This document shows, piece by piece, positions 60,888 through 64,000 of a stretch of DNA of 64,000 nucleotides (position 1 is its first letter; every line of letters starts with the position of its first letter). Source of the stretch: Marsupella aquatica (Eukaryota; Plantae; Marchantiophyta); contig OZ316895.1 in the NCBI GenBank assembly GCA_973895155.1, positions 2,901,659-2,965,658 on the forward strand, given 5' to 3'. The notes under the pieces are model-generated. The model had not been told where the DNA came from, made no database searches, and saw only the letters and a program-made list of their open reading frames with translations. Made by a program: the position numbers and the translations under genes.

Positions 60888-61350
60888 TGCTGGTCCCTGT
60901 CCCTGCCCATCCACAACGGCTTGGTCCAAGAGGCACTACCTTAGAAAAGGACTTCTGGGCCCTGTCCCTTCTTATCAGAGACCTGGTCACAATAGTGGGA
61001 AGAAGCCCCTTAAGAGGCCCTTACTTTCAACAAGGGCGTGCTGACCCCCTCCCTTCTTATCACAGGCTTAGTCCAAGAGACCCTACTTTTGAAGAGACTT
61101 GTTGGCCCTGTCCCTTCTTATGAGAGACTTGGTCACAATAGTGGAAGAAACCCCTTATTAAACTACCACATGTATAAAGGGGAAGGGTTACTTTTAATGG
61201 TAGCTATGGTTAACCTGTAGCTTTTGAAGGGCAGGCGTGGTTTAAGAGGCCCGTACTTTAAAAAAAGGCCTTGCTGGCAAAACGGAAAAGAAAATAAGTG
61301 CTTGCTGGCCCCTGTCCCTTCTCATCGTAGGATTGGTCACAATAGTGGTC
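60888..61350. repeat. Cluster of degenerate repeats (ggccctgtcccttct...tggtcacaatagtgg)
   Basis: Motif recurs at ~60890, 60958, 61040, 61104 and 61307. Confidence 0.7.
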
Positions 61351-62325
61351 CTCACCCGAACATGGTCTCTTTGTGTTCCACTTTCTTGACTAAGCAAGTA
61401 CTCCGCCAGCCCACCTTCACTAGGCAAGCTGGGAGGCAAGCAATGCATAACACAATCAAGGCTTGGCTGCCCCAAAGTGCAACCTTTGCTGTCAAGCCCA
61501 ACACAGATTACCATGGTAAAATATTCCCAATGACATTTCCAACCTTGGTGGCAAGTCACGAGATCAAGGTAATGACCTAAATGTCAATTGACTTGTCCAA
61601 CCTTAGTATCAATTGACTTACATCACACCTAAAGTTTTTGCTCCAATTTGTAGTGCAAGTGGAAGCATCATACATGACTCGAGAAGATGTTTTACAACTT
61701 TGATGAGTGGAATGGTTGCCTTGATTCTTGGTCTGTCCTGCATGGGATGTTTCATGAAAGCAAAGACAATGGACCATTCTCATGAACAGGTTCTAGAATG
61801 GCTTGTGTTGCAAGTTGTTGAAAGGATGTGAAGTGGAGATGGATACAAAAAAGCAGGTAATGTGATCTGTGTCACCACTTCTTGAAGTATGGACATGTCC
61901 ATGGTATCAACACACAGAATGAAATAGAATTATAAGTTTTTGGTCAATGTTGGCCTAAACCCTGAATAACACTGGCTGAAAGCCATTCACAAAACAGATT
62001 CCATAAATTAAACACTCAAAACTTAGTTTGCAGGGGGCATAATTGCAGACAATATGTTGCCTTGAACTTATTTAACGAAGGCTCAGAGATGTAGGACCGT
62101 GAGGTTTTGGTAGGATACCTTACGTTGTCTAAAAATATTTGCCCCCTAGAATAATAAGTTGGCAAAAGTCTATGGTTGAACAAAATTATTATTACTGTAG
62201 TAAGTTGTCGAAGACTTGTCTTGCAGTCACTCTCTAGCCAAGGAATCAAAGGCATGAGAAATCACAATCTCATGATTTTGGTAGGAAGTCAAACTCCATG
62301 AACTAACTAGAGATGAGCACCAAGT

Positions 62326-62503
62326 CAAGAAAAGACTTAACAGGACACTAAGATCTCCTGGACTTAACAAGACCCTGTGTGATAAAAAGACTTCACAGGA
62401 CCCCTATGATTACCTATTTTGCTCAGATCTTGATGGCATTTTAGTCACAAGGGTCTGGTTAAGTACAGGAGATGCCAGAGGGGTGATGTTAAGTCTTTTC
62501 TTG
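62326..62503. mobile_element. 178-bp foldback MITE with 9-bp TSD (Mutator-like)
   Basis: Termini caagaaaagacttaaca / tgttaagtcttttcttg (17-bp perfect), extending as an imperfect IR to ~65 bp. TSD gcaccaagt at 62317-62325 and 62504-62512. Confidence 0.85.
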
Positions 62504-62830
62504 GCACCAAGTTGGCCCAATAATAAAGTATGTTGTATGACATGTACTCAATGGGCGTCAGGATTGTGGCCCATTGAAATCAGGGCACTTTAATTGGGTA
62601 GTACGCCTGGACCGTATAGTAGAACCCTGTAAAAGTAAGCATAAAAATATATGTAAAAAATATTTATTTCCTTTTACGTTTCTCGCTCCCCGACCGGGGT
62701 GGTAAGTCAAAGCCTTCTAGGTGCCGCGAGCTGAAGCCTGGGGGCCCTATTGTCTAAGCGGCAGGCACGGGTAATTAAAACAAAGTGTAATGTCTTTCAC
62801 GAAATAATTCAGAATATCACTAACCGAGCG

Positions 62831-62889
62831 AGTTGGTTAGGTAAAGGCTGACCAAGCCAACGACGCTTAGCGGGCTGTTAGGGCGATCC

Positions 62890-62922
<33 letters not shown>

Positions 62923-62927
62923 CACGG
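62831..62927 (+). pseudogene. rrn18: Fragment of mitochondrial small-subunit rRNA (rrn18), ~100 bp
   Basis: agttggttaggtaaaggctgaccaagccaa...gccacactgggactgagacacggcccagactcccacgg matches the SSU rRNA region around E. coli 16S 250-345, in the plant mitochondrial variant. Similarity ends abruptly on both sides. Confidence 0.85.
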
Positions 62928-63311
62928 CCCCCCGACATCAGTTCTTACGCGAGCTACCCGTCAGACAAAGAAAGGGCAAATAAATATAAGTAAAAATCTC
63001 TATTTTCCATTCCCCCCCCCCCCCCCCCCTATGGCATTTTGGAATATGTCAATGATGTGTCAAATCCTATAGACCGCAAAAAGTTTTACTAGGATTTATT
63101 CAGTTTCTTCAACAAAACACGCATAGTGCAATCCGCTGGAGTTCTATACGAACCTGAATCGGTTCGCGACTCTTTCACCGTTCCCGGGCCGTCGGGCCCG
63201 GCGGTCCCTCCACCTTCATCCAGTTGAAAGAGGCGCGGACTAAAATCGACGCTTGTATAAGGCTCCATAATTTTTTAATTTTTTTTGTCTGATTCGTTCC
63301 TTGCTGCTTAT

Positions 63312-63383
63312 TCTCTAGTAGCTCAGCGGTTAGAGCAAATGGCTCTTAACTTTGGGTCGTTGGTTCGAATCCAACCTAGAGAG
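63312..63383 (+). tRNA. Mitochondrial trnN-derived tRNA-like sequence with anticodon CTT and disrupted anticodon stem (probable pseudogene)
   Basis: Acceptor stem tctctag/ctagaga, D-arm gctc-agcggtta-gagc, T-arm gttgg-ttcgaat-ccaac, loop ctCTTaa. Anticodon stem aatgg/ctttg has two mismatches. Confidence 0.75.
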
Positions 63384-64000
63384 ACCGAACCAGTGGGAAA
63401 GGGTGAGACCAAATAAATGATATGTAGCAAGTTCTACACCTTCTCGCTTTTACGCTCAAATGCACCTAATGAAAGGTGTATTTCACTTGAGAAGACACGG
63501 AACTTGCTCCAATTGATTCTAAAATTTACGAGTTTTCTTCTGTTCTGTTACGCGGCTTGGATTTTTCTTACGCAATTCGAACTAATCCCAATTTACTTAA
63601 AAGGGTCTAATGCGAAAACTTTGGATGGTCCGGACTCGATACTAGTACTCTCCAAAACGGACGCAGATACACGGAAGTGATCCTCTCTGTATGCCGTGTA
63701 TCTTGTAGTCCTAGAGGATCACTCTTTTCTGGCTAGCCATCTCTTTTGCGGAGTAGTATTTTCGTTCAACAATAGTTGATCACTCTCTGCTGCTGCCATC
63801 CAGGAACTACTTGCCCCGGCCGGAGCTACCCGGATCGCCCAGTTGGCTTCATAGAGATGTCGTGCAAGGTTTGATATTGTTTGCCGTCCTCGAAGAAGCA
63901 ACCGATGGCAATATTTAATTTACGATGTTTGTGCGAAACTTCGCATTTCGTACGGGGACGTACAATTCAACAGACTCTAATCAGGTTAGCGCTGTGCGAT

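Larger units (their letters stand above)
62550..64000. other. Mitochondrial-type DNA segment (probable NUMT), open at the window end
   Basis: Contains a plant mitochondrial rrn18-like fragment and a mitochondrial trnN-like tRNA. CpG-rich relative to flanking TE DNA. Left boundary approximate. Confidence 0.7.

Noticed and set aside
62831-62927. Bacterial 16S contamination or a functional rRNA gene
   Set aside because: Only ~100 bp long, it shows plant-mitochondrial variants and lies beside a mitochondrial-type tRNA.
63417-64000. Mitochondrial protein gene (atp4/atp8/rps) fragment
   Set aside because: Translations contain stops and I could not match them convincingly to any known mitochondrial protein.

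Overview
Eukaryotic nuclear DNA from a land plant, most likely a non-seed lineage (inferred from gene content and TE types; species not determinable). Five protein-coding genes are supported: an intronless IQ+BAG co-chaperone (+, 6260-7129), a 3-exon PAAT/C10orf88-like protein (-, 13716-8987), a 6-exon KANADI GARP transcription factor (+, 38841-44652), an intronless UPF0114/YqhA membrane protein (+, 49930-50970) and an intronless ABCF5-type ABC-F ATPase (+, 56462-58759). Intergenic DNA is TE-rich. It holds a truncated Ty3/gypsy element, and a full-length but disabled Ty1/copia element (344-bp LTRs, 5-bp TSD) nested in a 5'-truncated LINE (17-bp TSD). It also holds four copies of a small DNA-transposon family with bipartite CTCGGGGG...CCCCCGAG termini and exact 8-bp TSDs, a foldback MITE with a 9-bp TSD, several minisatellites, and a ~520-bp duplication with asymmetric CpG decay. 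The window ends in mitochondrial-type DNA (rrn18 fragment and a trnN-derived tRNA carrying a CTT anticodon). I found no convincing new multi-gene system. The best novelty candidates are the unclassified 8-bp-TSD element family and the altered organellar tRNA. All coordinates were read by eye and no searches were run.
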